Position numbers and translations under genes: made by a program. From Streptomyces virus LukeCage (taxonomy: Duplodnaviria > Heunggongvirae > Uroviricota > Caudoviricetes), in IMG/VR virus record IMGVR_UViG_2974629454_000001, positions 59,119 through 123,118 of that record: a stretch of DNA of 64,000 bases. One strand, written 5' to 3'. Shown here in pieces: positions 27,849-35,937 of this stretch (positions are counted from its first letter, which is position 1; every line of letters begins with the position of its first letter). The notes under the pieces were generated by a model. It did no database searches, was not told the origin of the DNA, and saw only the letters and a program-made list of their open reading frames with translations.

Positions 27849-27923
27849 GCCCCGTTGGTCTAGTGGTTTAGGATACCGGACTTTCAATCCGTGTGAACGT
27901 CGGTTCGAATCCGACACGGGGTA
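27849..27923 (+). tRNA. tRNA-Glu(UUC)
   Basis: Acceptor gccccgt/acggggt (G1-U72); D region tggtctagtggtttagga is E. coli Glu-like; loop ctttcaa; T arm gtcggttcgaatccgac. Confidence 0.75.
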
Positions 27924-27991
27924 CGTGGGCCGTGACGCAACAAACTCTTTAGGAGAAAATCCTGTAGTGTACATGCAGGAACACGGCTTAT

Positions 27992-28064
27992 GCGGGTGTC
28001 GTCTAGCGGCAAAGGCTCCTGCCTTACAAGCAGGTAATCGGAGGTTCGAGTCCTCTCACCCGTA
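27992..28064 (+). tRNA. tRNA-Val(UAC)
   Basis: Acceptor gcgggtg/cacccgt (G1-U72); anticodon arm cctgc-cttacaa-gcagg; T arm ggaggttcgagtcctct. Confidence 0.7.
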
Positions 28065-28068
28065 CGCA

Positions 28069-28164
28069 GGAGAATTAAAAGTTCCGAAAAGTTGGTCACT
28101 CAGTAGGAACGTTTTACATGTGGGTCTAACCAGCCCGGTGCCGGGGTCGAATCCGGATTCTCCG
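28069..28164 (+). other. over-long (96 nt) tRNA-like gene, isotype unresolved
   Basis: Perfect 7-bp acceptor ggagaat/attctcc; T-like ccgg-ggtcgaat-ccgg; internal stem gttcc...ggaac encloses 19 nt. Confidence 0.35.
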
Positions 28165-28172
28165 TTAAGTTT

Positions 28173-28250
28173 GGGTCTGACAGGTGTGACGTTACTGAAA
28201 GCCGACAATGGACCGGTAACGGATAGTGGGTTCGACTCCCACCAGATCCA
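28173..28250 (+). other. tRNA-like gene (78 nt), internal arms unresolved
   Basis: Acceptor gggtctg/cagatcc; T arm gtgggttcgactcccac. Confidence 0.35.
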
Positions 28251-28271
28251 CAGATGATATATTCATCGTAT

Positions 28272-28345
28272 GCGCTCGTAGCCCAACGGCAGGAGGCACA
28301 AGGCTTAGACCCTTGGTAGTGTCGGTTCGAATCCGACCGGGCGTA
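28272..28345 (+). tRNA. class I tRNA with anticodon UAG (leucine codon CUA) but a short variable loop
   Basis: Acceptor gcgctcg/cgggcgt (G1-U72, A73); anticodon arm caagg-cttagac-ccttg; variable gtagt; T arm gtcggttcgaatccgac. Confidence 0.6.
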
Positions 28346-28358
28346 CGTAAGAATTGAT

Positions 28359-28439
28359 GGGCTCGTGGTGGAATGGTATACACGTTAGTCTTAGGAACTA
28401 ATGCCGAAAGGATTGTGAGTTCGAGTCTCACCGGGCCTA
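28359..28439 (+). tRNA. tRNA-Leu(UAG), class II
   Basis: Acceptor gggctcg/cgggcct; anticodon arm ttagt-cttagga-actaa; 12-13 nt variable arm; T arm gtgagttcgagtctcac. Confidence 0.65.
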
Positions 28440-28493
28440 CTTTGATGGTAAACGCGATATCATCAAATGCATATCAGGTCGCTCCTGATATGA

Positions 28494-28619
28494 GGAGTGT
28501 AGTTTAATTGGCAAAACCGCGAAATGCAATGTCGAACGGGAAGTGCTGCTGAGCTAAAGGCAGGTCTTACCTTAGTAGATATCAGAGTAGCAGTTGCGGG
28601 TTCGAGTCCCGTCACTCCG
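28494..28619 (+). other. 126-nt tRNA-like RNA: acceptor + D arm + T arm with about 50 nt inserted between the D and T regions
   Basis: ggagtg...cactcc acceptor; D arm gttt-aattggca-aaac; T arm gcgggttcgagtcccgt; two hairpins upstream (28441-28491). Confidence 0.3.
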
Positions 28620-28759
28620 CTAGCCTGAGATGACGATCCGATGTAGGTCCCCTAGGGCTTGCGCAGGCCCGAAGGGCATTCGGGAAAGGTGCCTAGCTAG
28701 GTCCGTCTACCAATAAGGTGAGAGTTTTTCACGGTTTTCCTCATAATTAAACCGTGTTT

Positions 28760-28832
28760 GGTCCTTTGGCAGAGATGGTAATGCACTCGGTTGAAGCCCG
28801 AGATATCTCAGTTCGATTCTGAGGGGGACCAC
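28760..28832 (+). tRNA. tRNA-Phe(GAA)
   Basis: Acceptor ggtcctt/ggggacc; loop ttgaagc; T arm ctcagttcgattctgag. Confidence 0.6.
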
Positions 28833-28835
28833 AAT

Positions 28836-28900
28836 GAATAAGCCAGGAACGGTTCGATTCCGTGTTACCTAGGTTGGTGTATGGCGCATAGGCTTATTCA
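28836..28900 (+). other. hairpin with a 9-bp stem enclosing a canonical T-arm motif (permuted tRNA-like)
   Basis: gaataagcc agga acggttcgattccgt ... aggcttattc. Confidence 0.4.
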
Positions 28901-28905
28901 GTAAT

Positions 28906-28976
28906 CCGCAGTGGTGAAATGGTATCATGCGACCTTGCCAAGGTTGTGGCGCGAGTTCGATTCTCGTCTGCGGGAC
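28906..28976 (+). tRNA. tRNA-Gly(GCC)
   Basis: cgaccttgccaaggttg and gcgagttcgattctcgt match the E. coli Gly(GCC) arms; acceptor tccgcag/ctgcggg. Confidence 0.7.
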
Positions 28977-28981
28977 TCTTG

Positions 28982-29054
28982 CCCCGGTAGCGTAGTGGAT
29001 AACGCGGCTGTCTTCTAAACAGTTATAGGCAGGTTCGATTCCTGTCCGGGGTAC
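28982..29054 (+). tRNA. tRNA-Arg(UCU)
   Basis: Acceptor gccccgg/ccggggt; D arm gcgt/acgc; anticodon arm gctgt-cttctaa-acagt; T arm gcaggttcgattcctgt. Confidence 0.65.
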
Positions 29055-29073
29055 TTTCTACATTGGAGGCAGC

Positions 29074-29259
29074 ATGCCTGTAACGATGACTGAGCTTTTT
29101 CTGGCCGGTGTGATTGAGCATCATGGCGTAGAGTCAAATGGCGAAGCTCTAGTGAAGATTAACTGGGATGTTCTTCGTGAATACAACTATGATCTCTATG
29201 TCCACATGAAGGCGGCGGAGATTGACGCCGACCTAGATGGTGATACAATGGAGCCATGA
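29074..29259 (+). CDS. hypothetical acidic protein
   Basis: ORF track. Confidence 0.4.
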   Translation: MPVTMTELFLAGVIEHHGVESNGEALVKINWDVLREYNYDLYVHMKAAEIDADLDGDTMEP

Positions 29260-29583
29260 ATACATACGAAGTAGCTGTAAGCCTATTGGTTACAGTGGAA
29301 GCACCCGATGAGTCAGATGCAAGAGAAGCTGTCCGCGATGCATTTGATGTTGGCGAGTTTTGCGGACTAGATGTCAAAGACGTAGAGGTTGAGATCCTTG
29401 AGTCTTGATTTCAATATGATCTCTAACATGGTTCAAGATGTAGAGTTCTTGCTTAAGTGTACATTCTGTCCAGAACCAGCAACTACAGAGTTGACAGTAG
29501 AAGTTGGACCTGATACAGTAGTACCAATGCCAAGCTGCGAAGCCTGTAAGGTTGCAGAGGCACAATGAGGCCGGAAGGCCAAT

Positions 29584-29655
29584 GGGCGATTAGTGTTAAT
29601 GGTAGCACGTCTGTTTTGCAAGCAGATAGAGGGGGTTCGAGTCCCCCATTGTCCA
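29584..29655 (+). tRNA. tRNA-Ala(UGC)
   Basis: Acceptor gggcgat/attgtcc with G3-U70; anticodon arm tctgt-tttgcaa-gcaga; T arm gggggttcgagtccccc. Confidence 0.75.
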
Positions 29656-29681
29656 CAACTTCCTGCGCAGGAGGTGTTAAC

Positions 29682-29756
29682 ATGAGTGTAGAACGAGTGC
29701 TCGTAGTAGTGATTCTAGTAGTTCTTGCAGCATGGCTTATCATGACGCTGCTGTAA
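29682..29756 (+). CDS. tiny hydrophobic peptide (24 aa)
   Basis: Perfect AGGAGG Shine-Dalgarno 6 nt upstream; MSVERVLVVVILVVLAAWLIMTLL. Confidence 0.3.
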   Translation: MSVERVLVVVILVVLAAWLIMTLL

Positions 29757-29819
29757 CAGAATTGGCTGGCCGATACGAACCCCATCGTATCCTTGCCCGA
29801 GGGTTAGGGACCAGCGCTT

Positions 29820-29894
29820 GCTCCAGTCGCACAATCTGGTCGTGCAACGGACTCTTAATCCGTGTGGATGTCGGTTCAAATCCGACCTGGAGTA
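29820..29894 (+). tRNA. tRNA-Lys(CUU)
   Basis: Acceptor gctccag/ctggagt; D arm gcac/gtgc; anticodon arm acgga-ctcttaa-tccgt; T arm gtcggttcaaatccgac. Confidence 0.7.
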
Positions 29895-29901
29895 CATAAA
29901 C

Positions 29902-29932
29902 CACCCTATTCCTTGTGAATAGGGTTTCTTTT
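29902..29932 (+). terminator. rho-independent terminator
   Basis: ccctattc cttgt gaataggg tttcttttt. Confidence 0.65.
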
Positions 29933-29951
29933 TATGCTACAATAGTTGTTA

Positions 29952-30505
29952 TGACTACACCAAAGAAGTACACACCAAAGCCCGGTGACATTGGGCTCAC
30001 TCGTATTGGTGGTCTCACAGGCATCCTAGTAGGTCTAGGGCAATTTATCATTAGAGACGCAAGCCGATACACTCATGTGTTTGTCGTATTGGACAACAAC
30101 GAGATCATCGAAGCTATGCCTGGCGGAGCCATCATCAGTCCAGTGGACAAGTATGCTGGAACTATGAAGTATGGCAGCCCACGCGCAGCCTACCTTGACA
30201 TCAAGTTGACAGCAGAGCAGCGAGCACGTATTGTAGAGGAAGCTAGACAGCTCGTAGGAACGCCTTACAGCTTTCTTGACTATGTTGCTCTAGCTCTGGA
30301 ACGATTTGGTTTCAATTGGAAGTGGCTAGAGAACTATGTCACATCTACCAAGCATATGATCTGCTCTCAGCTAGCTGATGAAGTATACAAGCGTGCTGGC
30401 GTTCACCTGTTTGAAGATGGTAGACTACCACAGAAGGTCACTCCTGGTGATCTTACCTACGTTGGAATGGACCAGCGATATGAAGAAGAACTGCCTGGGC
30501 TGTAA
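29952..30505 (+). CDS. permuted papain-fold peptidase/amidase (YiiX/NlpC-P60-like)
   Basis: GDIGLTR ... THVFVVL (His) ... ICSQLADEVYKRAG (Cys) occur in the order typical of a permuted papain fold. Confidence 0.5.
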
Positions 30506-30671
30506 GAAGGATAAGCCTGTCAGTGATTTTGGAAAGACTGGCATGGAGAAGGTCTTGTGCAAGAGCTGCCGACCTGCTAGAGTAGTTACCAGTGGAAAGA
30601 AGTCCGGTGGCAAGGGTATTGTTGATGCCATTGGTGACATCTTCGACGGGATCGGTGATCTGTTCTCTTGA
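30480..30671 (+). CDS. Zn-ribbon protein
   Basis: CLGCKKDK...CKSCRP. Confidence 0.45.
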   Translation: MKKNCLGCKKDKPVSDFGKTGMEKVLCKSCRPARVVTSGKKSGGKGIVDAIGDIFDGIGDLFS

Positions 30672-30861
30672 CAAGAACTAAGCTGCTTGCTATGCTGGAG
30701 AACAAAGCTAAGCTAGCAAAGAGGAAGATGTCAGAAGCCAATCAGCGTGATGATCGCATTGAGACTCGCGCCTATGCGGTAGAATTGACAGAAACAAATG
30801 CTTTTATACAAGCATTGAAGAGACTAACCAGTCTCAACTAGTAAGTGCCCGAAAGGGCTAT

Positions 30862-30938
30862 TCCCACGATACACCTGTGTGGCTCGGTGTAGCAGACTGT
30901 TAATCTGCCGGTCGCTGGTTCGACTCCAGCCGTGGGAG
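30862..30938 (+). tRNA. tRNA-Asn(GUU)
   Basis: Acceptor tcccacg/cgtggga (U1-A72, as in E. coli Asn); anticodon arm gcaga-ctgttaa-tctgc; T arm gctggttcgactccagc. Confidence 0.7.
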
Positions 30939-31473
30939 CTGGCCGCCAAAGCTTGAGGAGATAGCTACCTTGGGCAAGGATATGCATGGATGGTAACGTA
31001 AGTATTCTAGAACAGGCTTACGTGAGAGTAGATGCGAAACAGGGAGACAAGCCCTGCTACGGCCAACCACTTGACACACTAGCTATCACACACTAGGATG
31101 GAAACATGAACGAGATCGAAGCGTGGCTTCTTAATATCGAAGGTGTTCCTACCTGGAAGGGCCTCTATCGAGAAGAGGCTGTAGTAGTGAATAACGAAAT
31201 CTGGGTTTGGTTTAAGATTGACGAAGGGCAATGGGCTCTCCAGAAGCCACAATGGATCGTTATTCCTGACTGACTTAACTCACGGCACGTAGACTCTAAG
31301 ATCGAAGGGGTTTTACGTCTTTTCAAATCCCGGCGTCGAAGATGAAGAACAGTTTAGCGGCTGTACTTGTACAAGAGGAAGACGTTGAGTACAATCGTGC
31401 TAGAGTAAAAGAAGCTGACGGACAGCTTAGAGCAAGAGACCCGGCTCAAACGGGGAGTGCTGCATCCGACTAT

Positions 31474-31546
31474 GGCCTATAGCTTAATTGGCAGAGCGGT
31501 TGGTTGTTACCCAATCTGGTGCAGGTTCGAGTCCTGCTAGGTCAGC
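31474..31546 (+). tRNA. tRNA-Asn(GUU)-like second copy
   Basis: Acceptor tggccta/taggtca; D arm gctt/gagc; loop ttgttac; T arm gcaggttcgagtcctgc. Confidence 0.55.
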
Positions 31547-31573
31547 TCCAACAATGGCTAACAAAGGAAACAA

Positions 31574-32443
31574 ATGGCATATCTGGTATTCGCCATCATC
31601 ATGGTGGTAATTATCCTTGGCGGCGCAGCAGGTTATCTGTTCACTAAGGATAAGCTAGGTGTACTAGTAGCTGTTGGTGGCGTAGCGGTGCTAGGTGCTG
31701 TATCACTAATCTGGTCCATCACTAGCGTCGATAGTCGTAGCGTCGGTATCCAGACCTCATTTAATCGATACCAGGGAACACTTGACAGTGGTTTCCAGCT
31801 TACGGCTCCTTGGACAGAGCACGAAGACTTTACTACCCGCATTCAGTACCTCGATCTTGATGGTGAAAAGTGGTCCGATGGAGCACCTGTTACCTTTAAG
31901 GGCGGCGGTCGTGGTGTAGTCTTCGCAACCCCTCGCTGGAAGATCGATGAGGCTTCCGCTGGTAAGCTTTGGAACAAGTACAAGACTTTTGACAATGTTC
32001 AGGAGCAGCTTGTGCGTTCCTCAGTAAAGGATTCATTCCGAGCTGTGCTTACCGACTATACTCCGAATGAGGCTCGTGAGAATGTTCGTGAGATCACTGG
32101 AGCTGTTGAGAGGGATCTAGCCAAGACCCTTACTGATGATGGTATTAAGATCGACTCCATCAGCATTAAGGACATCAAGCTTGACGACCGCACTCAGGCT
32201 TCTCTGGACAAGATTGTTCAGGCCAACAACGATATTGAGCGTGCTCGTGCAGAGCAGGAGCGTGCAAAGATCGATGCTGAGACCTTGAAGATCAAGGAGA
32301 AGGCTGGTACTCTGTCTCAGTATGGTCAGTCAGACAAGTGTCTGACCATGATGGACAAGTGGGATGTCAAGAAGAACGGACATCTTCCGCCTGGCTTTAA
32401 TTGCAATGGTGGTCAGGTTCCGTTTACCGTCACTAACAAGTAA
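31574..32443 (+). CDS. SPFH/band-7 (stomatin/HflK-like) membrane protein
   Basis: N-terminal transmembrane helix followed by an SPFH-like core and a coiled-coil tail. Confidence 0.7.
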   Translation: MAYLVFAIIMVVIILGGAAGYLFTKDKLGVLVAVGGVAVLGAVSLIWSITSVDSRSVGIQTSFNRYQGTLDSGFQLTAPWTEHEDFTTRIQYLDLDGEKWSDGAPVTFKGGGRGVVFATPRWKIDEASAGKLWNKYKTFDNVQEQLVRSSVKDSFRAVLTDYTPNEARENVREITGAVERDLAKTLTDDGIKIDSISIKDIKLDDRTQASLDKIVQANNDIERARAEQERAKIDAETLKIKEKAGTLSQYGQSDKCLTMMDKWDVKKNGHLPPGFNCNGGQVPFTVTNK

Positions 32444-32446
32444 TGT

Positions 32447-32470
32447 CATGCCGCCCTTCGGGGCGGCTTT
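32447..32470 (+). terminator. rho-independent terminator
   Basis: gccgccc ttcg gggcggc ttttgg. Confidence 0.65.
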
Positions 32471-32499
32471 TGGCAGTTAGAGGCCCGGTGCAGAAGATG

Positions 32500-32528
32500 T
32501 TGACAGCACTCCCTGCCTCTAGTAGAGT
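32500..32528 (+). promoter_or_regulatory. sigma70-like promoter TTGACA-N17-TAGAGT(AGTA)
   Basis: Consensus -35, 17-bp spacer, conserved extended -10. Confidence 0.55.
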
Positions 32529-32590
32529 AGTAACTAAGCGAGCGAGGCAAAAGTATGGTATCCTTTAGTACACAATTAAAGGAGCCGTAT

Positions 32591-32758
32591 ATGCTTAAGT
32601 TTGCTAAGAGTCTAAAGCCTGGCGACGTAACGACGTATGGACGAATCGTTGCGAACCAGCTACTATGGACTAACAAGACTGTTCAGCTAACGATTGCTGA
32701 ACAGAGCGAGAACGTTTACCTGAAAAAGTATAAGATCGTTCGGACTAACAAGGGATAA
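32591..32758 (+). CDS. hypothetical protein
   Basis: AGGAG Shine-Dalgarno. Confidence 0.4.
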   Translation: MLKFAKSLKPGDVTTYGRIVANQLLWTNKTVQLTIAEQSENVYLKKYKIVRTNKG

Positions 32759-32761
32759 AAA

Positions 32762-33148
32762 TTGAGCATCGAAGACGACATTGCCAAGGAGATTGCGGGC
32801 GAGGCTGAGGCTGAGGCCGCTTCTGGTAAGTCATGGAAGAAGATTGCCGCTGAGGCAGCATGGAAGTTCTCAAAGGAAAAGGGCTATCCTGCATTCAAGG
32901 CTGGTGTAAAGTATCTTTACGCACAGGGTAAGGATATGAAGAACAAGCCTATGAAGCCCGGTGAGAAGAAGGCGTCAGCCCTTCGCCCTGGTGACATGAC
33001 TGTTCTTGGTCAGGTCTCAGAGGCTAAGCGAGACCCGATTCAGAAGAATAACTACCAGATCTCATTCATTTCCTCAACTGGGGTTAAGGTTGAGAGCGTG
33101 CCTGGCAACAAGAAGTTCGGCGTATTCGAGCGTCGAAGCATTCGTTGA
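32762..33148 (+). CDS. hypothetical Lys-rich protein (TTG start)
   Basis: ORF track; a ggccttcgggcc terminator hairpin follows. Confidence 0.45.
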   Translation: MSIEDDIAKEIAGEAEAEAASGKSWKKIAAEAAWKFSKEKGYPAFKAGVKYLYAQGKDMKNKPMKPGEKKASALRPGDMTVLGQVSEAKRDPIQKNNYQISFISSTGVKVESVPGNKKFGVFERRSIR

Positions 33149-33167
33149 TCGTCGGCCTTCGGGCCTA

Positions 33168-33239
33168 GTCTCCATAGTTTAATGGACAGAACGGTTGCCT
33201 CCTAAGCAACAGATTCCGGTTCGAATCCGGGTGGGGACA
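33168..33239 (+). tRNA. tRNA-Arg(CCU)
   Basis: Acceptor gtctcca/tggggac; anticodon arm gttgc-ctcctaa-gcaac; T arm tccggttcgaatccggg. Confidence 0.7.
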
Positions 33240-33241
33240 CG

Positions 33242-33270
33242 TTGACAGATCGGCCCGGTGAGGGTAGAGT
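33242..33270 (+). promoter_or_regulatory. sigma70-like promoter TTGACA-N17-TAGAGT(AGTT)
   Basis: Same family as the promoters at 32500 and 35742. Confidence 0.55.
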
Positions 33271-33321
33271 AGTTAACAGATCGAAGGTGAGCGTCTTGAA
33301 GCACACTACACTGGAGGTCAA

Positions 33322-33474
33322 ATGAAGGTTTGGGTTATCACCGAAGAGTGCGGATGTGGCTGGTACTCTGGAGAGGTGATCAAGGGTACATACTCTACGG
33401 AAGACAAGGCAAAGAAGGCGCTCGAAAAGATGGGCGACAGCTACCTTGAAATTCGTGAGTTGGAAGTAGAATAA
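33322..33474 (+). CDS. small Cys-containing protein (50 aa)
   Basis: GGAGG Shine-Dalgarno; ECGCGW. Confidence 0.45.
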   Translation: MKVWVITEECGCGWYSGEVIKGTYSTEDKAKKALEKMGDSYLEIRELEVE

Positions 33475-33489
33475 GCCCTTCGGGGTTAT

Positions 33490-33562
33490 GGGGTTGTAGC
33501 TCAATTGGAAGAGCATCTGCATGGCATGCAGAAGGTTGTGGGTTCGAGTCCCATCTTCTCCA
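33490..33562 (+). tRNA. tRNA-Ala(GGC) (two U-U mismatches in the acceptor)
   Basis: G3-U70 present; D arm gctc/gagc; anticodon arm tctgc-atggcat-gcaga; T arm gtgggttcgagtcccat. Confidence 0.5.
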
Positions 33563-33797
33563 CTCTTTTAATGGTTCTTCACAGAGGTGATAGTAACCAT
33601 GCGGGTCAGCTCTAGCAGGCTGATATTGGGTGCAAGGTAATAGCCCGTACACACCCCTTGCAGCAGACACACCACATGTGCTAGCATGGTCTGTAGATGG
33701 CAACGAGCTGGTAACTTGAAGCCATCGATTATTTCCCGAGGAACTGACGCGCTATGCGCTAAGCCTCTATTCGCTGTAAGGTACCTTGCAGCAACCA

Positions 33798-33870
33798 GCT
33801 CCGGTAGCTCAGTTGGTAGAGCAGTTGACTCTTAATCATCAGGTCCACGGTTCGAGTCCGTGTCGGAGTA
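33798..33870 (+). tRNA. tRNA-Lys(CUU)
   Basis: gcagttgactcttaatcatc resembles the E. coli Lys anticodon arm; acceptor gctccgg/tcggagt; T arm cacggttcgagtccgtg. Confidence 0.65.
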
Positions 33871-33883
33871 CAAAGCAAGGTTG

Positions 33884-33936
33884 CAAACTTGCTCAATCAT
33901 GTTGGGGTTCGATTCCCTCTGGTGAAACAACATGGT
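33884..33936 (+). other. structured element: nested inverted repeats enclosing a ggg-ttcgatt-ccc T-arm-like hairpin
   Basis: ctcaat catgttg gggttcgattccc ... caacatg ... attgag. Confidence 0.35.
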
Positions 33937-33995
33937 GTAATTGAGTAGGAAAAGGCGGCACCATTATGCGGTGCGCTGTCTAGCCTCTCTCTTAT

Positions 33996-34069
33996 GATCC
34001 AGTCGCACAATTGGCCGTGCAATGGGCTCTTAACCCTTGTGAATGTGAGTTCGAGTCTCACCTGGATCA
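33996..34069 (+). tRNA. tRNA-Lys(CUU) (paralogue of the 29820 gene)
   Basis: Acceptor gatccag/ctggatc; loop ctcttaa; T arm gtgagttcgagtctcac. Confidence 0.65.
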
Positions 34070-34253
34070 CGTTTGGAAGCAGGCAAGCATACGCCCCACG
34101 ACTAGCCCAGAAGCCTGTGTAAGCTAGTCCGGCATAGAAGCGGCGCAGACAAGGGAAGGGCCGCCAGGTGGGAGTACCGCTACAGTGTGGCGATTGTAGT
34201 AGGCACAAGGGATGAGACCACCAGCCAACATTAATTCAATTCTCTGGGGAGCT

Positions 34254-34424
34254 ATGGCTAACAACAAGGTATGGAAGGTCGGGGACAAAGTAAAGTCCAA
34301 CGACAACAAGTATAGTGGAACTGTCAGTAAGATCGTTGACGCCAATCATGTAAATGTTAACGTCAGTGGTCATGGAGATATGCAATTCCGTAACAGGGAG
34401 CTAAAGCGCCAGTTTGGTGGCTGA
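34254..34424 (+). CDS. small KOW-like protein
   Basis: Shine-Dalgarno GGGGAG; KVWKVGDKVKS. Confidence 0.45.
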   Translation: MANNKVWKVGDKVKSNDNKYSGTVSKIVDANHVNVNVSGHGDMQFRNRELKRQFGG

Positions 34425-34432
34425 GGCCCTAT

Positions 34433-34507
34433 GATTCCTTAGCTCAGTTGGTAGAGCACCAGACTTTTAATCTGTTGTGGTCCTCGGTTCGAGTCCGAGA
34501 GGAATCA
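34433..34507 (+). tRNA. tRNA-Lys(UUU)
   Basis: Perfect acceptor gattcct/aggaatc; D arm gctc/gagc; loop cttttaa; T arm ctcggttcgagtccgag. Confidence 0.7.
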
Positions 34508-34508
34508 C

Positions 34509-34655
34509 GTGAAGAATGGTGATATAGTCAAGATAACGGAAGGCCCGAATAAGGGTAAGTCGGGCATAATAGAAGGTAAGGCTGGTAAGACCTACATTGT
34601 TAGGACAAATTCAGGCACCTACTACGTTCACGAAAATCATGTAAAACCTGTTTGA
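34509..34655 (+). CDS. small KOW-domain protein (GTG start)
   Basis: KNGDIVKITEGPNKGKSGII is a classical KOW motif. Confidence 0.4.
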   Translation: MKNGDIVKITEGPNKGKSGIIEGKAGKTYIVRTNSGTYYVHENHVKPV

Positions 34656-34692
34656 CAGCAACACCATCTAGGAGTACAGTTACTTCTAGCTT

Positions 34693-34765
34693 CCCTCTGT
34701 GGCGCAACGGATAGCGCAGCGGTCTTCGAAGTCGTTGGTTGGGGGTTCGAATCCCTCCAGAGGGG
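34693..34765 (+). tRNA. tRNA-Arg(UCG) candidate (wobble-rich anticodon stem, C1:G72)
   Basis: Acceptor ccctctg/cagaggg; D arm gcgc/gcgc; loop cttcgaa; T arm gggggttcgaatccctc. Confidence 0.5.
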
Positions 34766-34945
34766 CAACCTCTCCAAGAGGTTCTTGACATAGCCAGAAT
34801 GGCATGTCATATTATAAGAGAGAGCACACGGACAAGGCTTAGGCGGATGAGGGATAAACAGGGGATGCCTGCTAACCAACAAGCCGGTGGGATGCGAGTG
34901 GTGATGCTCTCTCTTTCTAATATCCAATCCTAAACAAGGAGCACC

Positions 34946-35740
34946 ATGGGATTCCTTTCCCGTAAGATTAAGCCGACCTTCGTTCCGGCTAAGAATCTCT
35001 CAGCGAAGAAGACAGTAACCCTTACGCCGATTGTTTCTGGTCAGCCTGCTGCGAATGTCAGCCTGATCAAGCAGAATGGTGTCAGCTTCGAGAAGAAGGT
35101 CGAAAGCGCCGTCAAGCTCCAGAAGGACGCTGGCGTTGCAAGTCGATTCGATGTAATTGGTCTGGTGGATGAGTCCTACTCAATGGACTACATGTTCGCC
35201 AATGGTACTGTTCAGGCAATCACCGAACGAGTGCTTGCATGGACTGCCGGTGTGGATGCTGATGGCATGGCACCTGTTGGCGGATTTGCCAATGGCTTCC
35301 AGTGGCATGGTGAAATCGACCTGACAAATGTCATGGGTTGTGCATCAAGCTGGGGATGCTGGGGAGGCACTGACCTTGCAGCCGGTCTTCGAGAGGCTTT
35401 TGAGGTTGCTAAGGGTGCGGACAATCCTGTTTATCTGTTCATTGTCACCGATGGTGCGCCTAACGATCAGAAGGCTGTGATTGAGCTGGTTTCTCAGATG
35501 AGCGAATACCCGATCTTCATCAAGATTGTTCTTGTCGGTGATGATCCGTTCGGTAAGCGTTTCGTTGACTATCTGGACGACCTTGAGAAGCACGAGCCTG
35601 GCCGCCGTCTCTTTGACAACGTGGACACTCAGCACATCCGTGACGCTTCTCGTGTCAGCGATGACGATTTCAACAAGGCGATGACGGAGGAAGTTCCGTC
35701 AGCGATTGACGCAATGCGTCAGGTTGGTCTAGTCGTCTGA
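34946..35740 (+). CDS. vWA domain protein
   Basis: Metal-ion-dependent adhesion site (MIDAS) DESYSMD; LFIVTDGAPND. Confidence 0.65.
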   Translation: MGFLSRKIKPTFVPAKNLSAKKTVTLTPIVSGQPAANVSLIKQNGVSFEKKVESAVKLQKDAGVASRFDVIGLVDESYSMDYMFANGTVQAITERVLAWTAGVDADGMAPVGGFANGFQWHGEIDLTNVMGCASSWGCWGGTDLAAGLREAFEVAKGADNPVYLFIVTDGAPNDQKAVIELVSQMSEYPIFIKIVLVGDDPFGKRFVDYLDDLEKHEPGRRLFDNVDTQHIRDASRVSDDDFNKAMTEEVPSAIDAMRQVGLVV

Positions 35741-35741
35741 T

Positions 35742-35770
35742 TTGACAAGCCCTGCTTGATCCTGTAGAGT
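35742..35770 (+). promoter_or_regulatory. sigma70-like promoter TTGACA-N17-TAGAGT(AGTT)
   Basis: Lies upstream of the tRNA-Met pair. Confidence 0.55.
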
Positions 35771-35861
35771 AGTTACTACAAACCAGCTCATACTTGGCCG
35801 AATGGCCCGGTGGCGTTCAGGGAAGCTGGGTAGTGTGGTAGAGTGAACGTACCCACACAAT

Positions 35862-35934
35862 GGCTCGGTAGTGAAACTGGCTATCACGCTTCGCTCATAA
35901 CGAAGTATTTCGGGTTCGAGTCCCGGCTGAGCTA
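35862..35934 (+). tRNA. tRNA-Met(CAU) (elongator or Ile2-type)
   Basis: Acceptor ggctcgg/ctgagct; D arm gtga/tcac; anticodon arm cttcg-ctcataa-cgaag; T arm tcgggttcgagtcccgg. Confidence 0.7.
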
Positions 35935-35937
35935 CAA

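Noticed and set aside
27847-28257. 136-aa + strand ORF, and other ORFs that overlap the tRNA clusters (13014-13601, 14281-14654, 29565-29756, 33202-33703, 36621-36851)
   Set aside because: These ORFs run through contiguous tRNA genes. The open frames there are a by-product of the tRNA sequence, not coding regions.
28494-28619. 126-nt tRNA-like element considered as a second tmRNA
   Set aside because: It is too short, and it has no tag ORF and no Ala-identity G3-U70. The genuine tmRNA is at 39564-39841.
31096-31270. Possible 55-aa + strand ORF in the tRNA-Asn spacer
   Set aside because: My manual translation gave a length that is not a multiple of three. I could not verify the frame without tools.
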